Source: a virus
Lineage: Duplodnaviria; Caudoviricetes
Virus record (IMG/VR): IMGVR_UViG_3300048897_000013
Span: 1-41,313 of that record
Length of the DNA: 41,313 nt
Strand: one strand, 5' to 3'
Position 1 is the first letter of the stretch, and each line of letters starts with the position of its first letter. Under the pieces are notes generated by a model. It worked only from the letters and a program-made list of their open reading frames with translations. It made no database searches and had not been told where the DNA came from. Shown piece after piece: positions 1 through 10,667 of this stretch. The translations under genes and the position numbers were made by a program.

Positions 1-127
1 TTTTTTTAATGTAATGTTGCAAGAACCCGCAATGATCGCAAAGCACATGAAAAGTCCTCAATTCTGAGCAAAGGGTGCTGTTGGTCTTACAATGCCGGCA
101 ATGTTGCTACATATGTACAATGAAGGC
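1..127. repeat. 127-bp terminal duplication (identical to 41187-41313); circular/permuted genome of 41,186 bp
   Basis: Exact match of first and last 127 nt; a reading frame continues across the junction; 127 is a common assembler k-mer length. Confidence 0.95.
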
Positions 128-967
128 AATCCGGATTACGATGACATGAATCCGCTATTGAAGGCATCTTGTTTTCATTTCTACTCTGAAGATGGGCATT
201 ATGCGTGTCCGCTTCCTTGGTTATTAGGCGCGTTATTCGTAAGTACACCAATCACATTCTATGAGTTTGCCAAGGGACGTGGCGGAGATGCCCTAAAAGG
301 ACTCAATAGCTTTGTAGCATCCCAACTGTCAGGGTCATTCCCACCGATACTGCAAGCAACCGTTGAGCAATCCACCAATTACAGTCTGCCGACTCCTACG
401 GGTGTAGCACTAATGCCGTTTACCGATATAGAAAAGCGTGCTCCTCCGGTTGTTCCGAAGCGTCTAGAGAATTTACCACCAGAACAACAATACACATCAA
501 AAACATCTCAATTGGCTAGATGGTATGGCGATCTGACTGGTGCAAGTCCCGTCAAAGTCGAACGATTAATCAAAACGTTTGTTCCGGGTATCGGTGCTGA
601 TGTGTTGGCGATTGCGGATGAAATGGCTTATTTCATGGGGCTTGCAGAAGATTTGCGCCCTGAACAAGGAGCAAAGAACTTCTTGTTGTGTGGTAAGTTT
701 CTATCCGAGAACACACCATCCAATACCAAATACACTGGTGAATTCTATTCATTGCTTGAGAAGGCTGCCAATGACGACAAGCGCGATCTTCCCAATGACT
801 ATAAGCAATTGAAAAAGTCCAACATGAAGATCTCTAAGTTATTACGACAATACAGAGAGATTGAAGACGAGAGAATTGATCCAAAAGATAAACGAGAACA
901 ATTAATCGATCTTCAAAAACAAATTAACGTGGAATATAAATCCGCTGTTCTATCAACCAAGGAATAG
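2..967 (+). CDS. 3' part of the ~1497-aa internal virion/DNA-ejection protein starting at 37660 (LPD38-like C-terminus)
   Basis: Frame continuous across the junction through TGA 65-67 (PQF-W-AKG); motifs NPDYDD, PLPW..G.LF, VP.RLE.LPP.QQY, G.SP.KVE resemble LPD38; ends TAG. Confidence 0.75.
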
Positions 968-969
968 AA

Positions 970-1248
970 ATGTCCCAAGTCCCATTACAAAGAGATCAAT
1001 ATCACAATCTAGTTCAGGACTCCTATGGTGATCGTGAATTCCGCGGTGATTATGACGGATCAAATAATCTTATATATGCCGGATTCGCATTGCCGGGTTC
1101 CGACGAAGCAGTCCGTGAATGGCAGATAAAGAAGCTGGCTTACAGCGGAGCGAATCTGACTAGCGTTAAATGACCACAACTTGATTCCAAAGCTGACATA
1201 TCATATTCGTTTGCTTGGGCTGATCGCGCATCTTACACCTACAGCTAG
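970..1248 (+). CDS. Small virion-associated protein, 92 aa (TGA=Trp at 1171)
   Basis: Read-through gives ...TSVK-W-PQ...FAWADRASYTYS-TAG, ending just before the AGGAG RBS of the tail-fibre gene. Confidence 0.75.
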
Positions 1249-1256
1249 GAGACTCT

Positions 1257-4200
1257 ATGACATTTGGATACAATCCTTTTATTGATAATTTTGACTTCAA
1301 AGGGTCTGCCAATAGCGGTGGCAATGTCGTCGGTCCGGGTTCTTCTATTATTGGAAACTTTGCTGCTTGGGATGATACTACTGGTACAACTCTCGCAGAC
1401 AGCGGAGTCAACGAGAATGATTTTGTAGAGATCACCGGTGATACAATGACTGGCTATTTAACGCTAGTTGGTAATCCTGTGGGATCTAATGACGCTGCTA
1501 ATAAAGCGTATGTTGACGCGGTAGCCAGTGGAGCAGTCTTTAAACAAGTCGTTGTGGCTGCTAGTACTGCGAATCTGGTAGCAACTTATGCAAATGGCGC
1601 TGCGGGTGTTGGTGCTACGTTGACCAATAACAGTACATTGGCTGCTTTCATGCTGGACGGGGTTTCTCTTTCATTGAATGATCGAGTACTTATTAAAAAT
1701 CAATCTACGCAAGCGCAAAATGGATCATATACCGTCACAACTGTCGGTTCTGGTGCTGCTGCATGGATTCTAACAAGATCAACTGACTATGATCAAGCTG
1801 CTGAGATCTTGCCGGGTACTGTGTTTCCTATTGCATCCGGAACTGTGAACGCTAATACGTCTTGGATTGAGACTGACACGGTAACAACCGTTGGAACTGA
1901 CGCAATATTCTTCTCGCAATTTACATACAATTCGATGACATTTTTGCAAGTGGCTAATAATCTATCAGATGTAGCCAACGTTGCATCTTCAAGAAGCAAT
2001 CTTGGTCTTGGATCGGCTGCTTTGTTGAATGATCCGATAACAGAGACTCATGGTGGTACTGCTCAGACTACTTATACCGCTGGAGACATTCTGTATGCGT
2101 CTGGTGCAAATACGTTGGCTAAATTACCGGTATCAACAAATGGAAAAGTTCTCACATTGGCTGCTGGAATTCCATCATGAGCGACTCCGACAACTGGGAC
2201 TGTAACATCTGTCTCTGGCACTGTTAACCGAGTAACATCAACCGGAGGAGCAACACCAGTAATTGACATTGATGCTGCTTATGTCGGTCAGTCGTCTATT
2301 ACCACTTTGGGCACCGTCTCTACCGGAACATGGAATGCTACAGCGATATCAGCCGTTACGGGTGGTACTGGACAAACTGGTTATGCGACTGGAGATGTCT
2401 TATACGCTTCTAGTACCACGGCCCTTAGCAAACTGGCTGCTGGATCAGACGGTAAAGTCTTAACGCTGGCATCTGGTATTCCATCTTGGCAAACACCGAC
2501 AACTGGAACAGTCACAAGCGTCTCTGGTACAACTAACCGCGTGACTTCTACGGGTGGTGCTACTCCGGTAATCGATATAGATGCTGCATACGTTGGTCAA
2601 TCGTCAATCACGACATTGGGAACAGTCACAACCGGTACATGAAGTGCGACTGCGGTCGGTGCAACCAAAGGCGGTACTGGACAGACTGGCTATGTTGTTG
2701 GTGATATTCTATATGCGTCTACGACTACTGCTCTTAGTAGACTTCCGGTTGGATCTAATACGAACGTCTTGACGCTAACGGGCGGTGTCCCTACATGGGC
2801 AGCTCCGACAACTGGAACGGTTACGTCTGTATCGGGTACTGCTAATAGAGTTTCGTCTACTGGTGGTAATACACCGGTGATAGACATTGACGCTGCATAT
2901 GTTGGCCAATCTTCTATTACAACGCTTGGGACCGTGACTACTGGAACTTGGTCAGCGACTGCCGTTGGACCAACAAAGGGTGGTACTGGTCTAACGACAT
3001 ATGCAACCGGAGATCTAATATATGCTAGTGCTGCTAATACGCTATCTAAATTGGCTGTTGGATCTAATACAAACGTTCTGACTTTGACTGGTGGAGTTCC
3101 TGTTTGGGCTGCTGCACCTGCTGGTACTGTTACTAGCGTTTCTGGGACTGCCAATAGAATCTCATCAACTGGTGGGGCGACTCCTGTTATAGATATCGAT
3201 GCTGCATATATCGGCCAATCAAGTATTACAACATTGGGTACCGTTACAACTGGTACATGGTCTGCAACCAATATCGCTTTAAACAAGGGCGGTACAAACG
3301 CGGCATTGACGGCATCAAATGGTGGTATTTTCTACAGTACGGCAACTGCTGGAGCGATATTGGCTGGTACTGGTACGGCAAATAAAGTGTTATTATCTGG
3401 AGCGACCGCACCTCCAACATGGTCAACGCCAACATTTCCCGGATCTGCTAGCGCGACATCGCGTAAAATCATTGTGTCAGACGGCACAAACTGGGTCGCT
3501 AGTACAGAAACGTATGCAACGCCATCAACGAGCGGGAACATTTTAACGTCAGACGGCACGAATTGGACAAGTGCAGCTCCAGCAGCACCTGTAATTAATC
3601 CATCGGCAGTGATAAATATGTTTGATGAATTTTTGGGAGCGTCCATTGTCTCTACTGTATTATCTAGCGGTTTGACATGGTATCAATCAGGTTTTGCAGT
3701 AAACTTATCTGGAATTACTTTAGATGCTGGTCATCCGGGGATCATAACACAGGCAGCAGCTTTTTCATCTGGAGCAACTTTGCTATCTATGATTAATACC
3801 ACTGCAAGTACATTTTCAATGATTAAGCTTGGTGGAGGTGCGATACAAATAAACTGGGTTTTTAAATTAAATACTTTATCAGATGGAACAAATAGATATA
3901 CCTTTCAATGTGGATTAGGAGACTGCATGGCAGGAACTACCACAAATTCCAATGGTGTATTTTTTAGTTATTCTGATAATGTGAATTCTGGAAATTGGAC
4001 AATTAATACTGTTTCAGCAACTTCGCCAACTGTCACAAACACAAGCGTCGCAGCTACAACAGGCTGGCATAATTTACAGATTGTTATAAATGCCGCAGCA
4101 AGCTCATGTACTTTTACAATTGATGGAGCAGCTCAAACAGCAATTACTAATACTATACCTACGACGTCTATATCACCTTTTATTTATGCATTGCGCGTCT

Positions 4201-4274
4201 TAGGTACGATACCATCCCACACATTAGAGATAGATTTATTCTCAATGTCACAAACCCTTACAACACCAAGATAA
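1257..4274 (+). CDS. Tail fibre, 1005 aa (TGA=Trp at 2178 and 2640)
   Basis: Three same-frame ORFs joined by two TGAs; DAANKAYVD and DRVLIKNQ..QNG.Y fibre motifs; Gly/Thr/Ala-rich repeats; beta-rich C-terminal domain. Confidence 0.9.
2050..3290 (+). repeat. About 4 tandem 309-bp (103-aa) repeats inside the tail fibre
   Basis: Equivalent Trp codons at 2178/2487/2796/3105 and at 2331/2640/2949/3258; unit GTVTSVSGT.NR..STGG.TPVIDIDAAY.GQSSITTLGTV.TGTW. Confidence 0.95.
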
Positions 4275-4399
4275 TGAAGAAGATTAAACACAAGCTGTAC
4301 CTAAGCAATGGCAAGATTGAATATGTGCAATTAGAAAAACCGACATTTGAGCGAGAAAGTAAATACGAGCAGATGTCGAAGTATATGAAGAATCGATAA
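4274..4399 (+). CDS. Small hypothetical protein, 41 aa
   Basis: TAATG coupling with the fibre stop; fills the gap to the next gene. Confidence 0.45.
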   Translation: MKKIKHKLYLSNGKIEYVQLEKPTFERESKYEQMSKYMKNR

Positions 4400-4416
4400 C
4401 TTTTAAGGAGTCTTAA

Positions 4417-5040
4417 ATGACAAGTCCAACAACCTATAAGCTAGGTTTCCCAAAGCTGAAGTACCCAACAGTACCGATGGCTAGTGGAGCACCATTCCAA
4501 CGCGCTCCAACAACTGCTGATGTGAACGATCCAAAGGTCGGTAGCTTCTATAAGATTGGTACAATGTGACCAAATGTTGCTACGAATACAATCTACATGC
4601 TGACTAATTTGACTGCTGGTGTTGCTACTTGGCAAGCGTTAACTGGTGCTGCTAGTGCGGTTCTTGGTCCGGCTGTTACGGTTGACAACACAATTCCTCG
4701 CTTTGACGGGACAACTGGTAAACTGTTGCAGACATCTGCTGTTACAATGGCAGATACAACTGGCGCAATGACATTCCCATCTGGCGGTGGTACAATCTTA
4801 ACTGCTGGTGCTGGTGCTGCTGAACGCAAAGGAACGTTTGTTCTTGCTAGTGGTACACACGCCAAGATTGCGACAACTGCTGCCGTTACTGGTAGTGTGA
4901 TTGTATATACAATTGCTGCTTTGGGTACGGTTACTGCGCCTTCAGCGTTGTCATTGACAATTGATAACGGTGTCGGATTTACCCCATTGGCATCTCAATT
5001 AACAGATACATCAACAATTAACTGGGCGATCGTAGCGTAA
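4417..5040 (+). CDS. Virion/tail accessory protein, 207 aa (TGA=Trp at 4567)
   Basis: AAGGAG RBS; RAPTTAD...Y.IGTM-W-.N...ATW motif; in frame with ORF 4597-5040. Confidence 0.75.
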
Positions 5041-5162
5041 TGCCATTCAAGTCACAAGCTCAGAAGTCGTATCTCTATATTAATGAACCGCAAGTTGCAA
5101 AGGAATTTGCGGAGCATACTCCCAAGAATAAAAAGCTACCTAAAAAGGTGAAGAAAAAATAA
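5040..5162 (+). CDS. Small basic phage protein, 40 aa (MPFKSQAQ...KEFA..T...LP.KV type)
   Basis: TAATG coupling; recognisable small phage protein pattern. Confidence 0.65.
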   Translation: MPFKSQAQKSYLYINEPQVAKEFAEHTPKNKKLPKKVKKK

Positions 5163-5308
5163 TGCGTGTCAAAGAAACTGGAAAGATCGTTGGTCGTCAA
5201 AAGACACCATCCGGAACCGGCAAAGATGCTGTTGCTCTTGTCGAAAGTTCCAAAGTCCGTAAAGAATTACCAGCGAAAATGGTAAAGAAAGAAAAATATA
5301 AGAAGTAG
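5162..5308 (+). CDS. Small basic protein, 48 aa
   Basis: TAATG coupling; ends inside the terminator hairpin. Confidence 0.5.
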   Translation: MRVKETGKIVGRQKTPSGTGKDAVALVESSKVRKELPAKMVKKEKYKK

Positions 5309-5327
5309 CCAAATGCTACTTCTTTTT
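5301..5327 (+). terminator. Rho-independent terminator ending the late operon (possibly bidirectional)
   Basis: AGAAGTAGC-caaat-GCTACTTCT followed by TTTT; lies between convergent genes. Confidence 0.8.
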
Positions 5328-5330
5328 CAT

Positions 5331-5507
5331 TTAGACTGCCGGTATATCTAACACCGGTTTCACGTCTGTAGTCTGATTCTCATCCACTAGATCACTGGTG
5401 GTTCCGTGAGTATCAATATTCTGAAAGTTCAACGTACAGCTATTAAGTATCAACGCTGCTGTTATCGATATCAGAAACACGCTCGATGCTATGTACAACT
5501 TTTTCAT
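5331..5507 (-). CDS. Small lipoprotein, 58 aa
   Basis: MKKLYIASSVFLISITAALILNS-C lipobox-like signal; GGAG RBS; not in ORF track. Confidence 0.65.
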   Translation of the reverse strand: MKKLYIASSVFLISITAALILNSCTLNFQNIDTHGTTSDLVDENQTTDVKPVLDIPAV

Positions 5508-6279
5508 TCATTCTCTCCATATAAATTTTGAAACTGGTCTTGGTTTTTTCTAAGTCTCCGAACATGATCACGTCCGTATATTCCGGTGTCTGCCCAAGCT
5601 GTTTGGCGATCTTCTGTCTGAAGTTGACGAAATGTGGTCGATCTGATTGGGGAAATTCTTTTAATATCTTATCAAATAGCGATTCTGTCTCGGATTGAAT
5701 GACCTCTGGTTCTACAATGCCTCTAGAATCGTCAGAAACACCCCTAGAATCGATTATCTCTCCTTCGACGTACCCAATGCCTATGACATCGCTAAACAGC
5801 TGCCTTGCTAGCTTAGAAATCGTTCTGGCGTATAACATATCTGATGGAGTTCTCTTTCAACCGCCTTTGTCTTTGATTAGACCGGCTAATTGGGCATCTT
5901 CAATCGTATAAGTGACGGTATGAGTCTCTCCGGTGTCTGATCGCTTGCCGGCAATGGTACAACGCGTACTGGTAGATTCAACGATCTTCAATTGATGTTT
6001 TGCGCGTCTAATAAGGGCCGACATCACTCTGGCTGATAGCTCGACTTTCCCTTCAATGATGTGCAATCCACCATTTAACGCTTGTGCGGGACCGATACCA
6101 TATTCTCTGGCTGCTAACATGATCATCATGATGCCTGCTTCTTTGCCGACATTACGGTACATTTGTGATTCCGCGGCATTCTTGGCTCACGTCTGATAGA
6201 CCAATAATTCTTGGCTGGTGGGTAATCCGGTGATAATTGCCGGGTGGTGTTCTTCGGTCTGGATAACTGCTGGTAACAT
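5443..6279 (-). CDS. RecT/Red-beta-like single-strand annealing protein, 278 aa (TGA=Trp at 6187-89 and 5857-59)
   Basis: G..PAQAL..LHIIEGK..LSA; A..AGL...GG-W-...P.DMLYAR motif; directly downstream of an exonuclease gene. Confidence 0.8.
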
Positions 6280-6842
6280 TATTTTCTCTTTGGTGGTGGA
6301 TTAAAATATCGATAACATTCAAGACACTTCTTGTACGTCTCAAAGTCTTCCGTGTATGTGTACGGCACGGGCGGTGATCCATCTCGCTGTAGATGCAAGA
6401 AGATCATTTTCTTGATGTCGTGACCCGCAAGTCTTGCAAGATATGCGTACGCACTGCCTTGTAGAATTCACGTCTTAGATGGCTTGTATGATGTTTTGTA
6501 ATCTACAATGACAATTTCACCGTGGATCTCAACGATCAAATCAATCTGTCCGCTAATCAATAGAACATCACAAAAATATCTCTGTTCTTGTGAAATAATC
6601 TTTCAAGACGGATTCCATCATCTCATGAATGAATCAATATACGGCTTTGTCTCATCACTAGAGCCTCAAGTACCTAAGCCAGAGACGATTCCCTCAATAA
6701 TTGTATGTACTAGGGTTCCGCGTCTACCAGCGTTCTCAACGATGTGTTTTGGGATTTTATCCATGCCGGAAAATGGCGATAGAACCTCAGTTACTCGTGT
6801 GTATCCGGAATGCGGAAAAGAATTTGATTGAATTTTTTTCAT
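6279..6842 (-). CDS. PD-(D/E)XK exonuclease, 187 aa (4 TGA=Trp at 6666, 6618, 6603, 6468)
   Basis: RVTEVL, RGT.VH, E......G.ID, IVDYKTS, W.LQ.SAY motifs; TAATG coupling to the RecT-like gene; absent from ORF track. Confidence 0.85.
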
Positions 6843-6880
6843 AATAAGACTAGTTTTAGAAGTTCATCATCCAACAGCAG

Positions 6881-6899
6881 AAAAAGCCGAGCACTCAGC
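6881..6899 (-). terminator. Terminator-like hairpin upstream of the exonuclease/RecT operon
   Basis: Minus strand GCTGA-gtgc-TCGGC-TTTTT. Confidence 0.45.
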
Positions 6900-7296
6900 C
6901 CATGAAAATATCCGTAGAGGGATCATTTGGCTCTAAGATGATTGATGACATGGTATCCTTAAGTAATTGGTTATCAGTAGTATGTAGATTCGTACTTATA
7001 CACTGAGGATTAAAAACTTAGGATACAGTTTTTTATAAATATTGGGAAGATATTCTTTGAAGATTGGACACCGGTTTGAAAAAAGTGGTGCAATAAATCC
7101 AAAAAGAGAATATGAAATAAAGAAGCCCGGTAATTGTACCGGGCAACAAGATGAAGACTTGAAGAGAGAGATGAGATAAAATCTCGGAAGAAATGTTTTT
7201 TGATTTAGCGATCAAAAAGCAACCAAAAAGAACTTAAACAGGTTCACTTCCAAATATATCTCTCCTTCAAGTTTTCGTCCACACAAAAGTTGTCGG

Positions 7297-7692
7297 ATGA
7301 AACGTTACTTCGTAAATTTAACAAAATCAATTGATTCCGACGAACATGGAGAACACATGATCTCAGGAGTTTGCAACAAATGTTATGACGCTGTAATGCA
7401 GCAATACAATTCTGCGACTGCTGAATTGTGGGTGGCAACTTGTGAATTGTTTATCCGATACAATGGCATTTACCGACATAAAGAAAGTCGCGTGCCTTGG
7501 TTGATCGGAGACATGAGAAATTTGGAAGAGATGGGGTTTATCAGTTCTTGTGATGAACTTGATGCCGTGCTCATAAGAGCGAACGGAATGAACATTGAGG
7601 ACTATCAAGACGAACGTAAAGTGGTGTTTTGCAATGATTCAATGTCGCATAGAAGCGATTGGGCTCATGAAAACACAGTGGGCAACCCATAA
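7297..7692 (+). CDS. Hypothetical protein, 131 aa
   Basis: Clean ORF at the head of the replication operon. Confidence 0.55.
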   Translation: MKRYFVNLTKSIDSDEHGEHMISGVCNKCYDAVMQQYNSATAELWVATCELFIRYNGIYRHKESRVPWLIGDMRNLEEMGFISSCDELDAVLIRANGMNIEDYQDERKVVFCNDSMSHRSDWAHENTVGNP

Positions 7693-7804
7693 GAGTTGCC
7701 CACAACACAATAACGTTAGCCCCAAACAGAGAGAACGTAACGAATTCTAAAACTAATGTAAATGTAACATATTCGAACATTTACGACAAACGAAAAGTGA
7801 TAAA

Positions 7805-8794
7805 ATGAATTTAAGAGATGCGACACCTGAAGTTTTGGCAATGGGAGAGATCGATTTTATCGGTCATATCATCCCGCATTACTGGTTTAAAAATATTCGA
7901 TTTGAAAATGGAAAAGTTGATTTAGTCTCAATAAATATATTGTCTGAGATTTGCTACTGGTACAGACCAACAATTAGAAAAGACGAAGCTACTGGTCAAC
8001 CAATGCCAATGGAGAAAAAGTTTCATAGCGATGCTTTACAAAGAAATAAGTCGGATTTGGCCGATTTATTTGGATTAACAGAACGTCAAGTTCAAGAATC
8101 TTTGGCACGTCTTGAAAAACTCGGATTGATAACAAGAGACTATAGAACTGTTAAGTCAGCACTAGGGATAATTTCATCTAACGTGTTGTATATTAAGATA
8201 CATCCTGAAAAAATCAAAGCAATAAGTATTCAAATAATCCATAGCTATGACGTTCAAACGTCATACCCCTCACGTTCAAACGTCATACCTACCACGTTAG
8301 AACGTCATACATATACAGAGAATACAGCAAAGAGTTCTAAAGAGAAGAAGAAGAAGAACGCTGCGCTGCCTGCTATTGAATTCAATCGAGAAACTTCTCA
8401 ATTCGAAAACATCTCAGATGCTGACATGTTGGATTGGCAAGCATTGTTCCCGGGGATTGACATTTCCAGAGAACTGCTGTTAATGCGTCAATGGCTATTA
8501 GATCCTAGCAACCCAAAACGCGATGGTAACAGAACGTTTATTACTAACTGGCTCAAGAAACCCGTCAAAAACGATCAGAAACGGCCTTCTAAGCTCGCAA
8601 CGCAAGAGACCCTTCCCAAGACACAGCCTATCATTGATGAAGGTCAGAATGTGCCGTATAACGAAGCTATAGCGATTTTAAGAAAGTCGCAAGGAGAAGA
8701 CGAATTCTTATATTATTTAATGCGAGTAAGCGATCCTTCCCACTACCATAACTATATGAATTCTAAAACATCACAAGCGGAGACAGACAAATGA
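7805..8794 (+). CDS. Replication initiator/replisome organiser (winged-helix N-terminus)
   Basis: G.IIP..W...ILSEI.YWYRP...KKF..D.LQ motif; internal iterons; upstream of the helicase; ends TGA in an ATGA overlap. Confidence 0.8.
   Translation: MNLRDATPEVLAMGEIDFIGHIIPHYWFKNIRFENGKVDLVSINILSEICYWYRPTIRKDEATGQPMPMEKKFHSDALQRNKSDLADLFGLTERQVQESLARLEKLGLITRDYRTVKSALGIISSNVLYIKIHPEKIKAISIQIIHSYDVQTSYPSRSNVIPTTLERHTYTENTAKSSKEKKKKNAALPAIEFNRETSQFENISDADMLDWQALFPGIDISRELLLMRQWLLDPSNPKRDGNRTFITNWLKKPVKNDQKRPSKLATQETLPKTQPIIDEGQNVPYNEAIAILRKSQGEDEFLYYLMRVSDPSHYHNYMNSKTSQAETDK
8246..8312 (+). promoter_or_regulatory. Putative replication origin: three 22-bp-period iterons (ACGTT(CA/AG)AACGTCATAC)
   Basis: Copies at 8250, 8272, 8294 inside the initiator gene (lambda O-like layout); first copy is palindromic; A-rich tract follows. 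Confidence 0.7.
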
Positions 8795-10221
8795 AATTCT
8801 TTACAAACGATTCTTTGTGTCCAGACGGAAGATCATTCCTTGCAGATCGTTGCTTAAGTATACCTGTATCTTTAAAACTTGGATTAGCATCCAAAGACGG
8901 GGATATTGCATTTCCATTCGTAGACAAAGGTAAAATTGTCCGATGGAAGACTAGAAGTTTGACCGACAAAAAGAAGATGTTAATGAGTCCAGTTCCTATC
9001 GAAGTTAAGGACACTTTTAAACTGCCATTTTGGAATCAATTCAATGTGACTCCGGGTGAATATTTGATCATAACTGAAGGTGAATTTGACTGTATTGCAT
9101 TAGTACAGCTTGGTGAGAAAAATGTTGTTTCTTTGCCAAATGGAGCGGGTAGCGTAGCTAGTGTTTTTAAGAACCAATTTAAGTTTCTTCAAGGATTTAA
9201 GCGCGTCTATCTTTGTTTTGATATGGATGATGCTGGAGATAAAGCTGTTGAAGAAGCTAGACGGATTTTACCCATTGAAAAGTTTAGAAGAATTCATCTT
9301 CGAGCAAAAGACGCTAACGATTGGATTAAATCCGGTGACGCGTCCTTGGAAGGTCTTAAGGATTTAATGGAGAGATCGGAATGCAATCAGATCGACGGAT
9401 TAGTCCATTTAAGAGATCTTCCAAAATCTTTTTATGAAGCTATTGATCTAGGAACTTCTACCGGTTGGAAAAGTATAGATGGAATACTTGGAGGTGTTCG
9501 AACTGGAGAGATGACTGTAATTAGCGCAGACACTGGAGCCGGAAAGACAACATTTTGTTTAAATCTTTTATGTAATCTTCTTAAGAATGACCCATCGGGT
9601 TTTTGGGTTAATTCATGGGAAATGGACTATAAGATGATTGTAAGAAAAATTGCCAATGTGGTTTGTGCTGATAAAACTAGATTTGGGGCATTTACAGCAT
9701 TCCAGATTGCAAAATTTGAGAAGTGGATGGAAAAATACAATGTTTTCATTAATCCACTTAAATCCAAAGCGACACTTAAGTCTTTAAGGAACCAAGTCGA
9801 GCTTGTGTCTAGAGTTTACGGTGTAAAATATATTTTACTAGATCATTTAGATTATATTGTTGGGGATTCCGCTGATCAAAGGAACCATGAACGAATTGAA
9901 GAAGTAGTTCTTGAGATCCATTCTATGGCGTTAGAGCACAAAGTGCACATATTCTTGATTGCGCATCCTAAGCAGACAGATGACCGTACAGGTGCTATTC
10001 ATATGGGGCAACTAAAAGGCAGTGCTGCAATCAAACAGTATGCAGATAACGTTATTACCATCCAGAATATGCAACAGATGGATCTGTCCGTCCCAGAAAA
10101 CCGCGTAAAGATTGCTTTACATAAAAACAGACTACTAGGGACTCGTGGAGAAACAACTCTAAGATATATCCCAGAGTCAGACAGTTACATGGAAAATTCA
10201 CAAATATTTAACAGAGAGTAG
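8791..10221 (+). CDS. TOPRIM primase-DnaB-like helicase (T7 gp4/Twinkle-like)
   Basis: ITEGEFD, DMDDAG, KDAND TOPRIM motifs; ADTGAGKTT Walker A; LDHLD; AHP; LKGS..I.Q.AD; KNR. Confidence 0.92.
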   Translation: MKFFTNDSLCPDGRSFLADRCLSIPVSLKLGLASKDGDIAFPFVDKGKIVRWKTRSLTDKKKMLMSPVPIEVKDTFKLPFWNQFNVTPGEYLIITEGEFDCIALVQLGEKNVVSLPNGAGSVASVFKNQFKFLQGFKRVYLCFDMDDAGDKAVEEARRILPIEKFRRIHLRAKDANDWIKSGDASLEGLKDLMERSECNQIDGLVHLRDLPKSFYEAIDLGTSTGWKSIDGILGGVRTGEMTVISADTGAGKTTFCLNLLCNLLKNDPSGFWVNSWEMDYKMIVRKIANVVCADKTRFGAFTAFQIAKFEKWMEKYNVFINPLKSKATLKSLRNQVELVSRVYGVKYILLDHLDYIVGDSADQRNHERIEEVVLEIHSMALEHKVHIFLIAHPKQTDDRTGAIHMGQLKGSAAIKQYADNVITIQNMQQMDLSVPENRVKIALHKNRLLGTRGETTLRYIPESDSYMENSQIFNRE

Positions 10222-10224
10222 TTT

Positions 10225-10656
10225 ATGACCAAACAAAATGCTGGAGAGTATATCGCTTATCCAGTGGTAGAATCAATGTTAACAAAAGAATCTTACGGTT
10301 CTGGAGATCTATACAGAATGGGATTGTTCCGTTCTAATGCCAATATCCACAATTGCATACGTTCAATGAAATTGAAGTGTTCAATCATTGGCAAGCGAAC
10401 TCCGGTATTCTCCCGAAAAGATCTGTTAACTTACTGGAAGAAATACCGATGTGATGCGCCAATCCCAAAAGTAGAAGTTCACGTTGAGTTGACACCGGCA
10501 GAAGTCAACCAACTAGCGGACATGATCACTTACGGACAGCGATTCAATCCGACATTCGACAAGAATGATTTATTCAAAAACATTGTAACAAACATGAAAG
10601 AACGCGGTATCGGTGCCAATTCCAGCACATCACCGTCATTCTTCATAAAACATTAA
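10225..10656 (+). CDS. Hypothetical protein, possible DNA-binding
   Basis: Clean ORF in the operon. Confidence 0.55.
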   Translation: MTKQNAGEYIAYPVVESMLTKESYGSGDLYRMGLFRSNANIHNCIRSMKLKCSIIGKRTPVFSRKDLLTYWKKYRCDAPIPKVEVHVELTPAEVNQLADMITYGQRFNPTFDKNDLFKNIVTNMKERGIGANSSTSPSFFIKH

Positions 10657-10667
10657 CAGGCAGCATC

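Noticed and set aside
2050-3290. Diversity-generating retroelement TR/VR pair
   Set aside because: Differences are mostly synonymous rather than adenine-specific, and no reverse transcriptase is present
1257-4274. TGA as Gly (code 25) or selenocysteine
   Set aside because: Repeat copies and conserved motifs show TGG/Trp at the same positions, not Gly or Cys; no Sec machinery seen
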